Below are positions 39,677 to 47,819 of a stretch of 64,000 nt of DNA, one piece after another. Both the position numbers and the translations under genes were made by a program. The stretch comes from a bacterium. GTDB taxonomy: Bacteria > Armatimonadota > UBA5829. Every line of letters starts with the position of its first letter. Positions within the stretch are counted from its first letter, which is position 1. Below the pieces are notes generated by a model. The model was not told where the DNA came from. It worked only from the letters and a program-made list of their open reading frames with translations, and made no database searches. The stretch spans positions 67,803 to 131,802 of the forward strand of contig JAJFVF010000009.1 in the NCBI GenBank assembly GCA_021371935.1, in the 5' to 3' direction.

Positions 39677-40996
39677 TTGGCAAAAGTAAGCTTAGTAAGC
39701 CTTGGCTGCCCGAAGAATCTGGTAGATTCCGAAGGTGCGCTTGGAGAGATAGCCCAGGCAGGGCATGAGATAATAATAGATCAGGGTCGCGCGGATGTAA
39801 TATTGGTCAACACCTGCGGCTTTATCGAAAGTGCTCGCGAGGAGTCTGTTGAGGCTATCCTCGAAGCGCTGGAGTATAAAGACTCAGGCACATGCAAAGC
39901 GGTAATAGTAATAGGATGTCTTTCGCAGAGATATGCTTCGGAGCTTGCCGCCCAGATGCCTGAAGTCGATGCGTTTCTTGGGGTCGGCCATGCGGGAAAG
40001 ATTGCCCAGGCAATAGAGAGTGTGCTTGCCGGTAAGAAACTAGTCGATGAGTCCAAGCCGCCGAGCCAGTGGTGTGAGCACACACCGAGGGTGCAGTCGA
40101 CTCCGCTGTGGACGGCCTATCTCAAGGTCTCGGACGGCTGCGACAACCGCTGCGCTTACTGCGCGATCCCGGATATCCGGGGTAGTTTTCGCAGCAGGCC
40201 GAAGCAGTATATAATAGAAGAAGCGAACAGACTTGCCGATAGCGGTGTAAAGGAAGTTGTGCTCGTCGGTCAGGATTTAACGCAGTATGGCGCCGATATT
40301 GGCAAACCAAATTCTTTGCCCGGCTTGCTTGAGAAGCTGAATGACGTGGACGGTCTGCACTGGGTGCGCCTGTTATATTGCTATCCGAGTAAGGTGACGC
40401 CTGAGCTGATCGAGACGATTGCATCGTGCGAGAAGGTAGTCAAATATATGGACATGCCTCTCCAGCACGGTGATGATGGAATTCTAAGGGCGATGAACCG
40501 CAGGGGCAGCGTCGGGCAGTATTTGCAGGTGATTGATAAATTACGGGAAAGGATTCCCGAGATGGCTCTGCGCAGCACGTTCATAGCCGGTTTTCCCGGC
40601 GAGACAGACGAGGCCTTCGAGAGCCTGGTGGAGTTCGTCAAGAGGATTAGGTTCGACAGGGTGGGGGTCTTCGCATATTCGCGTGAAGAGGGCACTCCCG
40701 CCTATTCGATGAAGCCGAGGGTCAGCCGAAAAACGGCAGCAGCCCGGGTCAAGCAGTTGATGGAACTGCAGCAGGACATATCGTTTGAGAAGAACCATGC
40801 GTTAATCGGCAAGAAGCTGGAAGTTTTGGTCGAGGGGGTGACGGATGAGGGTGCCTTCGGGCGCAGCTACCGTGATGCGCCTGAGATCGACGGCTTGGTG
40901 TATATTCGCGGCGGTTCAGCACAGCCGGGCGAGTTTGTAGACGTTGAGATAACCGAAGCAAGTGAATACGACCTTGTAGGGTCGATGAAGTTGTGA
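39677..40996 (+). CDS. rimO: Ribosomal protein S12 methylthiotransferase RimO, a radical-SAM MTTase with a TRAM domain.
   Basis: VSLGCPKNLVDSE N-terminus; radical SAM motif CDNRCAYCAIP; TRAM-like C-terminus; TTG start after a GAGGAAG RBS. Confidence 0.8.
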   Translation: MAKVSLVSLGCPKNLVDSEGALGEIAQAGHEIIIDQGRADVILVNTCGFIESAREESVEAILEALEYKDSGTCKAVIVIGCLSQRYASELAAQMPEVDAFLGVGHAGKIAQAIESVLAGKKLVDESKPPSQWCEHTPRVQSTPLWTAYLKVSDGCDNRCAYCAIPDIRGSFRSRPKQYIIEEANRLADSGVKEVVLVGQDLTQYGADIGKPNSLPGLLEKLNDVDGLHWVRLLYCYPSKVTPELIETIASCEKVVKYMDMPLQHGDDGILRAMNRRGSVGQYLQVIDKLRERIPEMALRSTFIAGFPGETDEAFESLVEFVKRIRFDRVGVFAYSREEGTPAYSMKPRVSRKTAAARVKQLMELQQDISFEKNHALIGKKLEVLVEGVTDEGAFGRSYRDAPEIDGLVYIRGGSAQPGEFVDVEITEASEYDLVGSMKL

Positions 40997-41015
40997 CATA
41001 CATAATACGGAGGAA

Positions 41016-42854
41016 ATGATAGTGAACGAATCAGCAACCACGCTGAATAAAGCGGATATTGCGCGTGAGAACGCCAGGCGTTTTCTTGCGGACAAGGCAT
41101 ACGCCAGTCTGCTCGGCAAGAGCCAGGCGTCCAAGCTCAGGCAGGTTATGAAAGGGGTCGAGGTCGAAGGCGTGACCATGCGCCTTATGCGTGACGTAAT
41201 GGCTCAAAGCAGCCGGTTCGAGACGGTCGACCGGCGCTGGGCTGCTGCCTCGCGTTACGGCGACGTGCATAGACCCTTCGAGCGGGTACTGATGGAGATA
41301 GTGCAGTCCGCCGGAGTGCCTGTCTCCCTGAAGGTCTTGGCCCAGGAGCTTGCTCAGGTCTACAGCCGACCTGCTGAGTATTATGAACAGGCTCTTCCAA
41401 GAATACTTGCGGACAAGGATAAGTTTTTCGCGGCAGGTGACGGCAAATACGGCTTGGCGTCATGGCTGTTGAATGTGACGTCTGACGAAGAGGACGATGT
41501 AGTTTTTGACAGTTTCCTCTCCGTGGATCAAGTAGAGCACTATACCGGGCTTTGCCCTGCGGCGAAATGGGATATCGATAAGGTCGCAGACACTGCCGCT
41601 GCGCTTGCCAAGGACTGCAAGGAGCCGATTCCATTCAAGATAATGGCGCTTTTTGCATGGCGTGAGCTTGGTGAGGATTTTGACCCGGTAGACTTCTATT
41701 GCGCGGTGCTGGCGGATGATCGGGTGCTGGTCTTTTCGGATCAGAAAATATACCCAGCATCGGCTGAGAAGGGCTTTATAAAGACTCTGGTCGAGATAGC
41801 CGGTGAGCTGGCCGAACTACCTATGGAGGCCGAAGAGGAAGAAGCCGAGGGTCCGATTACGGTCACCGATACTGACAAAGAAGAAATCATCTCGATGATT
41901 ATCAATAAGGGAAGCGCTTCAGCCGAGGAACTGCTTGACGCTGTCCTTGAAATTGGTTCGGAAGAAGCCGGATTTGCTGGAGCCTTGGAGAGTCTCAAAG
42001 AAGCTCTGAAAGATGAAGAGCGTGTTATGTGGCTTGGCGGCACGCGCTGGGGCAAAGTCGAGGTCTTTCCTGATGAGGTCAAAGAAATCCCGGCCTCACT
42101 AGTCGTGCCTGCTTCGGTACCGTTTGAGACTCCCGAAGGCGATGTCTATGACCAGATGCTGGAAGAGGATGGCTTTGACGGCAACCTGAAATCGGCTATC
42201 TACGATCCTCTGGTGGAGGACGTCACTGATGAGGACCCAGCTCGCACTATGTATCAACCCAACGGCGACAGTCAGCGGTGCGTGCTCAAATATCATCACA
42301 AGATTGCAGGGGCATTCCCGCTCTGCCAGATCAACCCGGACTTCTTCGGCACTGAACCCGAGATCATTCCAATCGTGCTGATCGACGAGGCTAAGCGTAA
42401 GACCTGCTATATAAACAACACGACCCGCCTGATCTATGGTCTCAAGGATTTCTATAAAGAGATCACTGAGGTCTCCGGTGCTGTGTTTACTATCGAGAAG
42501 ACATCCAAGCCGGGCGAATACCGGCTCATACGCCAGGATGAGACGGACGCAATGCTGGGCATAGACACCAACCGCTCACTGGAACTGCTCGATCTGAAGG
42601 CCAGGTTCGAGAGCACCGACATGCCCATCTATGATGTGATCGTCGAGATACTCGGCAAGCAGGGAATGGACTTTGCTCGCCTGGTCAACGAGGTCAACAT
42701 AGTGAAACGATGCTCCAGGCTACTGGTGGCGTCGATTCTGAGTTCGTATCATGCATTTCATACCAGAGGTAAGTCTGACCAGTGGCTCTACGACGAGAAA
42801 AAGTCCAGTCAAGGCTTCAACAAGACAAAGAAGAAATACATCAAAAAGGACTAA
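41016..42854 (+). CDS. Hypothetical acidic protein of 612 aa with unknown function, probably co-transcribed with rimO.
   Basis: Long ORF with a GGAGGAA RBS and a start 20 nt after the rimO stop. It has Asp/Glu-rich segments and is followed by a strong terminator. Confidence 0.5.
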   Translation: MIVNESATTLNKADIARENARRFLADKAYASLLGKSQASKLRQVMKGVEVEGVTMRLMRDVMAQSSRFETVDRRWAAASRYGDVHRPFERVLMEIVQSAGVPVSLKVLAQELAQVYSRPAEYYEQALPRILADKDKFFAAGDGKYGLASWLLNVTSDEEDDVVFDSFLSVDQVEHYTGLCPAAKWDIDKVADTAAALAKDCKEPIPFKIMALFAWRELGEDFDPVDFYCAVLADDRVLVFSDQKIYPASAEKGFIKTLVEIAGELAELPMEAEEEEAEGPITVTDTDKEEIISMIINKGSASAEELLDAVLEIGSEEAGFAGALESLKEALKDEERVMWLGGTRWGKVEVFPDEVKEIPASLVVPASVPFETPEGDVYDQMLEEDGFDGNLKSAIYDPLVEDVTDEDPARTMYQPNGDSQRCVLKYHHKIAGAFPLCQINPDFFGTEPEIIPIVLIDEAKRKTCYINNTTRLIYGLKDFYKEITEVSGAVFTIEKTSKPGEYRLIRQDETDAMLGIDTNRSLELLDLKARFESTDMPIYDVIVEILGKQGMDFARLVNEVNIVKRCSRLLVASILSSYHAFHTRGKSDQWLYDEKKSSQGFNKTKKKYIKKD

Positions 42855-42879
42855 ATGGTCGAGTTGACTTGAGAATAAC

Positions 42880-42913
42880 CGGGTCGGGACGGGCAGTTCC
42901 GACCCGATTTTGC
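42880..42913 (+). terminator. Rho-independent terminator (cgggtcgg-N11-ccgacccg followed by ATTTTG).
   Basis: Seen in sequence. Confidence 0.6.
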
Positions 42914-43016
42914 ATGTGTCGAAGCAGACTTAGCATGCCGGGAAGGCGAGACTCCTGCCGAGCCAAAATTTCCAGATGACTGATTCTTCCCACATACTTT
43001 GCCATCTTGACCGTCC

Positions 43017-43664
43017 TTGCCGTATATGCTAAACTTCACCTTGGTCTATAGCCTCAGGAGGTATGAAGTGTCAGTGCAGCAAGAAGCGCGCGTTACATTG
43101 GAAGATAAGATTCACCGGACGATGACTTGGTGGCGGGTGCCGCTTATGACCATAGCGTTCGCTGGTATTCTCGGATTTATTTACAACATGCAGGCGTTCT
43201 GGTATGGCGCGGCAGTAGCAATTTTTGGCGAACTCATTCAGATGTGGGCGACCTCGCACCTGCACAAAGATACCAAGTTTACTATATCCGGTCCCTATTC
43301 GCATGTCAGAAACCCCATGTATTTCGGCAGGTTTTTTGTAGGGTTGGGGATATTTATTATGACCTGGAATCCTTACATGGTTATTGGGTTCATAGTATTG
43401 TATGGCATATACGGCAATCTCAGGGTCAGACGCGAAGAGCGCAGACTTCAGGAGATATTTGCGCCACACTATCAGCACTATTGCAGTGAAGTCCACAGAT
43501 GGATTCCAAGGTTCAAGCCCTATTCAAAATCCGAATCCAGGCGTGCAAAGTGGTCGCAGGTATGCGCAAACCATGAGCAGATAGTAGCTCTGGGGATAAT
43601 CGTAGTTTTAGCTTTGATATATTTGCGCATAGACAAGTTAGCATATATTCATTGGCATATCTGA
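43017..43664 (+). CDS. Isoprenylcysteine carboxyl methyltransferase (ICMT)/PEMT-family membrane methyltransferase-like protein.
   Basis: HVRNPMYFG...REERRLQEIFAPHYQHYCSEVHRWIP motif with several TM helices. The true start may be internal. Confidence 0.55.
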   Translation: MPYMLNFTLVYSLRRYEVSVQQEARVTLEDKIHRTMTWWRVPLMTIAFAGILGFIYNMQAFWYGAAVAIFGELIQMWATSHLHKDTKFTISGPYSHVRNPMYFGRFFVGLGIFIMTWNPYMVIGFIVLYGIYGNLRVRREERRLQEIFAPHYQHYCSEVHRWIPRFKPYSKSESRRAKWSQVCANHEQIVALGIIVVLALIYLRIDKLAYIHWHI

Positions 43665-43716
43665 TCGCAATATTCAATCAGGTTTGGTTGATCTTGTAGT
43701 TAGGTATATGTGATGT

Positions 43717-44121
43717 ATGTCCCTATCTGGAAACGATGACATCTTCACCACATTGATAAGCGACCTCGACGAGTGTGAACTGTCGGTCGTATGCCTGTGC
43801 GGTGAGTTGGATGCTTCCTCGGTGCCGGGTTTCATATCTGATGTGCAGTCGCTTATCAACCGGCGGCGAAATGTAATAATGGATGTTCACCTGCTGGAAT
43901 ATACGGACTCCACGGGCATCGCCGCGATACTCTCCACCAAAACCGCTCTTGATGCACTCGGGCGCAGGTTGCTGCTTGTGGGCTGTCATGGTCTGCTAAC
44001 GAAGGTTCTCCACATCACACGCATCGAGACCGAGCTTTGCTGCTATGAGTCAATGGAGGACGCCGTCAATTCGATAAAACGAAGCCCGCCTCATCTGAAG
44101 CGGGCCACCAAGAGAAGGTGA
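43717..44121 (+). CDS. STAS-domain protein (anti-sigma-factor antagonist, SpoIIAA/RsbV-like).
   Basis: Pattern ...VVCLCGELDASSVPGF...VIMDVHLLEYTDSTGIAAIL...LLLVGCHGLLTKVLHITRIE. Confidence 0.6.
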   Translation: MSLSGNDDIFTTLISDLDECELSVVCLCGELDASSVPGFISDVQSLINRRRNVIMDVHLLEYTDSTGIAAILSTKTALDALGRRLLLVGCHGLLTKVLHITRIETELCCYESMEDAVNSIKRSPPHLKRATKRR

Positions 44122-44345
44122 AAAGATGAACTAGGTTTGTGCCGTCATGTATTATAGGCAGATTTAGCCGCCGTCATTATATCCCTCAAAAAATATTTTC
44201 TCTCCGGGTCGATTTTACTCGTAAAATGCCAAAACAACCCAAAGTCGCTCTGCTTGCGCCCAAAATTGTCCCTGCTATAATGAGATCATACACTGCTGTA
44301 ATCCGCCAGTAATGCCGCTGAGCAGTTTTTAACAGGACTATTGAA

Positions 44346-45086
44346 ATGCGTTACATCAAGCCCACAAGCACATCTATTTTCTTAGCGCTCAGTCTGTTTA
44401 TCTCCGGCTCATTTGCAGGAGCGCAGTTGCCGAGCGCACACTCAATCGATGGACTCGTTCGTCTCAAACAGCTTACGAACTATTGTGGTCCGGCCTGCCT
44501 GACAGCTGTGCTGCGCTATTATGGGGTCGATACCACTCAGGAAACAGTCGGCAAGGAGACATATGATCCGGCGACAAGAGCAACCAACGGGGCCGACATG
44601 CTTCTGTATGCGCGTTCACGAGGGTTTTCCGCATACTCCTGGAACACGAGCATAGATGATGTCAAGACCAAGATAGCTGCAGGTGCTCCAGTAATAGTGC
44701 TTCAGCAAAACAGCCGGACTGATACCTCTGGTCATTACCGTGTGTTGACGGGTTATGATGACGCCCGCTCAAAATTCAAAGTGATCGATCCATACTATGA
44801 CAACATCACTGAGCTGAGTTATTCGGAATGCGAGACTCTCTGGAAGAGTAAGGGGCATTGGGCGCTGGTGATTGTGCCTGCCGATAAAGACAAGTTTGCG
44901 GACGAACTGGGAGCACAGAACCCGGTCGTGCATATGGACATGGCATACGCGCTCTATACGCGCAAAAACTACGATGAGGCTCTCAAGGAAGCGCAGGCGG
45001 CGCTAAAACTGCAGCCTCAGAACTCGTATACTCTGAATATTCTCGACAAGATAGAGCATGCAATGGGTGCAGGAACCAAAGGGTAA
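44346..45086 (+). CDS. Secreted peptidase-C39-like (papain-fold) domain protein with a C-terminal TPR.
   Basis: Signal peptide; Cys motif QLTNYCGPACLTAVLRYYG; His motif GHYRVLTGYDD. Confidence 0.55.
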   Translation: MRYIKPTSTSIFLALSLFISGSFAGAQLPSAHSIDGLVRLKQLTNYCGPACLTAVLRYYGVDTTQETVGKETYDPATRATNGADMLLYARSRGFSAYSWNTSIDDVKTKIAAGAPVIVLQQNSRTDTSGHYRVLTGYDDARSKFKVIDPYYDNITELSYSECETLWKSKGHWALVIVPADKDKFADELGAQNPVVHMDMAYALYTRKNYDEALKEAQAALKLQPQNSYTLNILDKIEHAMGAGTKG

Positions 45087-45135
45087 GACAGGGAACATAA
45101 AACCAGGCAGGCTCGTAATGGCTGTTGGAAGGTGA

Positions 45136-45921
45136 ATGATGGTCAGATTGGCTTCGTCTGGAGTATTGCTTATATTAGTTGTCCTGGCTTCGTGCGGAGT
45201 ATTTGCTGAGTCTTTTGACCCTGCGGCTTTGGACGAGGCTTTCAAAGGCGCTCAGCAAATCGATCTGGCAACCAGCCAAGTCCCATCAGTGGTCAAACTG
45301 CGCGATGTCGTTAAGATCCCGCCTCCCACACAGTCAGTGCTTGTCAAGACATTCAAGCGCGACTCAATTCCTCCTGTCCTCACGCAAGCTTTCGTCAATC
45401 CAAATGTGTCAGGGGTCACCATAGCAGGCAGGTATGTTGCAATCATCCAGACGAATCTAACCAAGGAATATAACGACGTGCTCAGCCACGAGCTTGTGCA
45501 TGCATATATCAGCCTGGCCTGCCCAAAGCCGCTTCCGTTCTGGTTTCAGGAAGGCGCGGCAGTTCACTTTTCCACAGACAAGACGCGAAAATTCTATGGT
45601 CAGCCATCAAAGGATCAGACAGGCGTTATGATCGGAAAGACCGTGGAGCTTAACGAGACATATAAACAAAAGCTGCAGAGTTTCCATTTTATGATCGAGA
45701 AGGCGGGCGACAAGAAATTCAACAAGTGGTTTCGCGAGGCTGTAATGACAGGCACGGTGGATCCGCGGCCATTGATCGGCCTTGGCGATTCGCCGTCCGC
45801 ACAACCAAGTCCTAACAAACATCTGCCGATATGGCTGATCGCTGCGATAGCTGGGATTGTCATCATTGTGATAGCCATCGGCATATACGCCGCCCGCCGC
45901 GATGATGGGTATATCGGGTAA
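45136..45921 (+). CDS. Membrane-anchored protein with an HExxH (HELVH) zinc-metalloprotease-like motif.
   Basis: N-terminal signal/anchor, SHELVHAYISL motif, and a C-terminal TM helix IWLIAAIAGIVIIVIAIGIYAA. Confidence 0.35.
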   Translation: MMVRLASSGVLLILVVLASCGVFAESFDPAALDEAFKGAQQIDLATSQVPSVVKLRDVVKIPPPTQSVLVKTFKRDSIPPVLTQAFVNPNVSGVTIAGRYVAIIQTNLTKEYNDVLSHELVHAYISLACPKPLPFWFQEGAAVHFSTDKTRKFYGQPSKDQTGVMIGKTVELNETYKQKLQSFHFMIEKAGDKKFNKWFREAVMTGTVDPRPLIGLGDSPSAQPSPNKHLPIWLIAAIAGIVIIVIAIGIYAARRDDGYIG

Positions 45922-46054
45922 AACGTATCCCCAACCTCTAACGCCCAACATACTATTCACTGTAGTCAGGTCAGACTTTCCAATTTTGGGTATATATCGC
46001 AAACGAAGTTCATAATGAGTATTCGTAGCGACAGAATTCAGTGAATGGGCAAAG

Positions 46055-47083
46055 ATGAGACCCGCATACGGTGAAGGCCATGCTGCAATCCGCCAAAGCA
46101 TTCAGGAGAATGCGACATTTAGTTCGTCACAAGTAACAATGAATGCCCTTTCGGCCGTGATTGCAAGCTATGGTCTGCTGCTGGATAACTCTGCCGTGGT
46201 AATCGGTGCCATGATAGTGGCGTTGCTCCTCGGACCGCTGATGGGAGTGGCATTGGCGCTTGTAGACGCCGATAATAAACTATTGGCTAAAGCACTTCTG
46301 GCTACAACGGGCGGAACTGCAATAGTCCTCATAGTTTCGGTAATCATAGGCAGTATTCATCAGGATATACCGTTGGGATGTGCTGCGATGTGCCGAACCG
46401 AGCCTAACATTATGGACCTTTTGATTGCGCTTGCCGGAGGGGCTGCTGGAGCCTACGCCACTTTATCTCCACGTATTAGTGCAAGTCTAGTGGGTGTTGC
46501 CGTTTCAACTTCTCTTGTGCCGCCCTTGAGTGCCAGTGGAATTCTGCTTGCCCGTGGTGACATTCAGCATGCCCAGGGTGCATTCCTTCTCTTTTTTGCA
46601 AATATGGTTGCCGTTCAGGTATCATCGTCTGTCGTGCTATGGCTGCATGGCTATCACAAGATCACAGGGCCAATGAGAAACAGTCCACGAGTATTTCTTT
46701 TTCTAAATGGACCAAGTCTGATTCTACTGATAGCGCTTATTATAATCCTGGTCGTGAACTTCCAAAAGTCACTAACCTCACGGCGGTTCGAGATAGACGT
46801 GCGAAATACGCTTGTCAAGCAACTTCAGTCGCATCGTGGGAGCTATCTTGCAGAACTCAGAATCGATCAGGAGAAGTGCCGGACCGTAGTGACAGCGGTT
46901 GTTCGTACGCCGTTTTCAATTGAACCGTCGCAGATTGCAAATATGCAGTCTAAACTTCCACCTGCATCACCGCCAGTTGAACTGCATATTCGTTCGATTA
47001 TTACCAAGGAAGCAACCAGCAGTGGCTGGCTGCACGAGTCGCGGATGCCTATAGAGGTCAACAGGAAAGCACCGTGTGATTGA
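46055..47083 (+). CDS. DUF389-like multi-pass membrane protein.
   Basis: N-terminal hydrophobic domain with IGAMIVALLLGPLMGVALALV-type motifs and a soluble C-terminal domain. Confidence 0.45.
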   Translation: MRPAYGEGHAAIRQSIQENATFSSSQVTMNALSAVIASYGLLLDNSAVVIGAMIVALLLGPLMGVALALVDADNKLLAKALLATTGGTAIVLIVSVIIGSIHQDIPLGCAAMCRTEPNIMDLLIALAGGAAGAYATLSPRISASLVGVAVSTSLVPPLSASGILLARGDIQHAQGAFLLFFANMVAVQVSSSVVLWLHGYHKITGPMRNSPRVFLFLNGPSLILLIALIIILVVNFQKSLTSRRFEIDVRNTLVKQLQSHRGSYLAELRIDQEKCRTVVTAVVRTPFSIEPSQIANMQSKLPPASPPVELHIRSIITKEATSSGWLHESRMPIEVNRKAPCD

Positions 47084-47195
47084 TTTCAATATAACGCCAA
47101 TCCGGTTAATCCCTATCCCATGCACTGTAGAGGCGTAAAAGCCGGGGAATCGTACAACACTATTAATGTTATAACGATTACAAGGGGGAACATGG

Positions 47196-47777
47196 GTGAT
47201 GAAGTATGCATTTCCTGTTCTCACATTGATAATCATACCGGCTCTGGCCGGTGTGGTCATGGCAGAGGATTGCAATCTGGGCAATCTGGGTTACAACTCT
47301 TATGACGGTGCCCTTTCAGGCGGGGGGCAGACACAGCGATTTGGTTCGGGAGTGGGATATCCGGCAGAGATTGGAGCCGATTATTTCCACCGATACATTC
47401 CGTCCGATCAGTGGGGTATGTATGGCTACGGCACAGGCCACTTGGGCAAGGGCTACGGTCCATACATATATCCCGATCTCAAGAACGGTCCACCTCCCGG
47501 TATGTTTGACCCTCTTCCGAGTGAATACGACAATGCTCCTCCACCCAAGATCAAGGTGAGCAAGGGTCACATTTATGTCGGCATGCCCAACAATATTCCC
47601 GGAGTGCGATGTGTGACGGTGACCGTGCTTGCCTTTAATGGAGCGGAGCTGTGCAGCCAGTCGAGAGAGTGTGCACCGTATAAGTTCGATCTACCGGTCC
47701 TTGACGGGGCAAAGAATCTGAGAGTGCGGATAGACTATATAAACAACGGCCTATCGGCAACGGCATATCCGCTTTAA
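47196..47777 (+). CDS. Secreted Gly/Tyr-rich hypothetical protein.
   Basis: Signal peptide MMKYAFPVLTLIIIPALAGVVMA; no known motif. Confidence 0.4.
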   Translation: MMKYAFPVLTLIIIPALAGVVMAEDCNLGNLGYNSYDGALSGGGQTQRFGSGVGYPAEIGADYFHRYIPSDQWGMYGYGTGHLGKGYGPYIYPDLKNGPPPGMFDPLPSEYDNAPPPKIKVSKGHIYVGMPNNIPGVRCVTVTVLAFNGAELCSQSRECAPYKFDLPVLDGAKNLRVRIDYINNGLSATAYPL

Positions 47778-47819
47778 GGGACAACAGGCAGCAGGACTTC
47801 TCCCACTGCCTGTTATTTT

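Noticed and set aside
38175-39683. Minus-strand ORFs of 191 aa and 199 aa inside ftsK.
   Set aside because: They are antisense to the well-supported FtsK motor domain, and their translations are Arg/Ser-rich with no family features.
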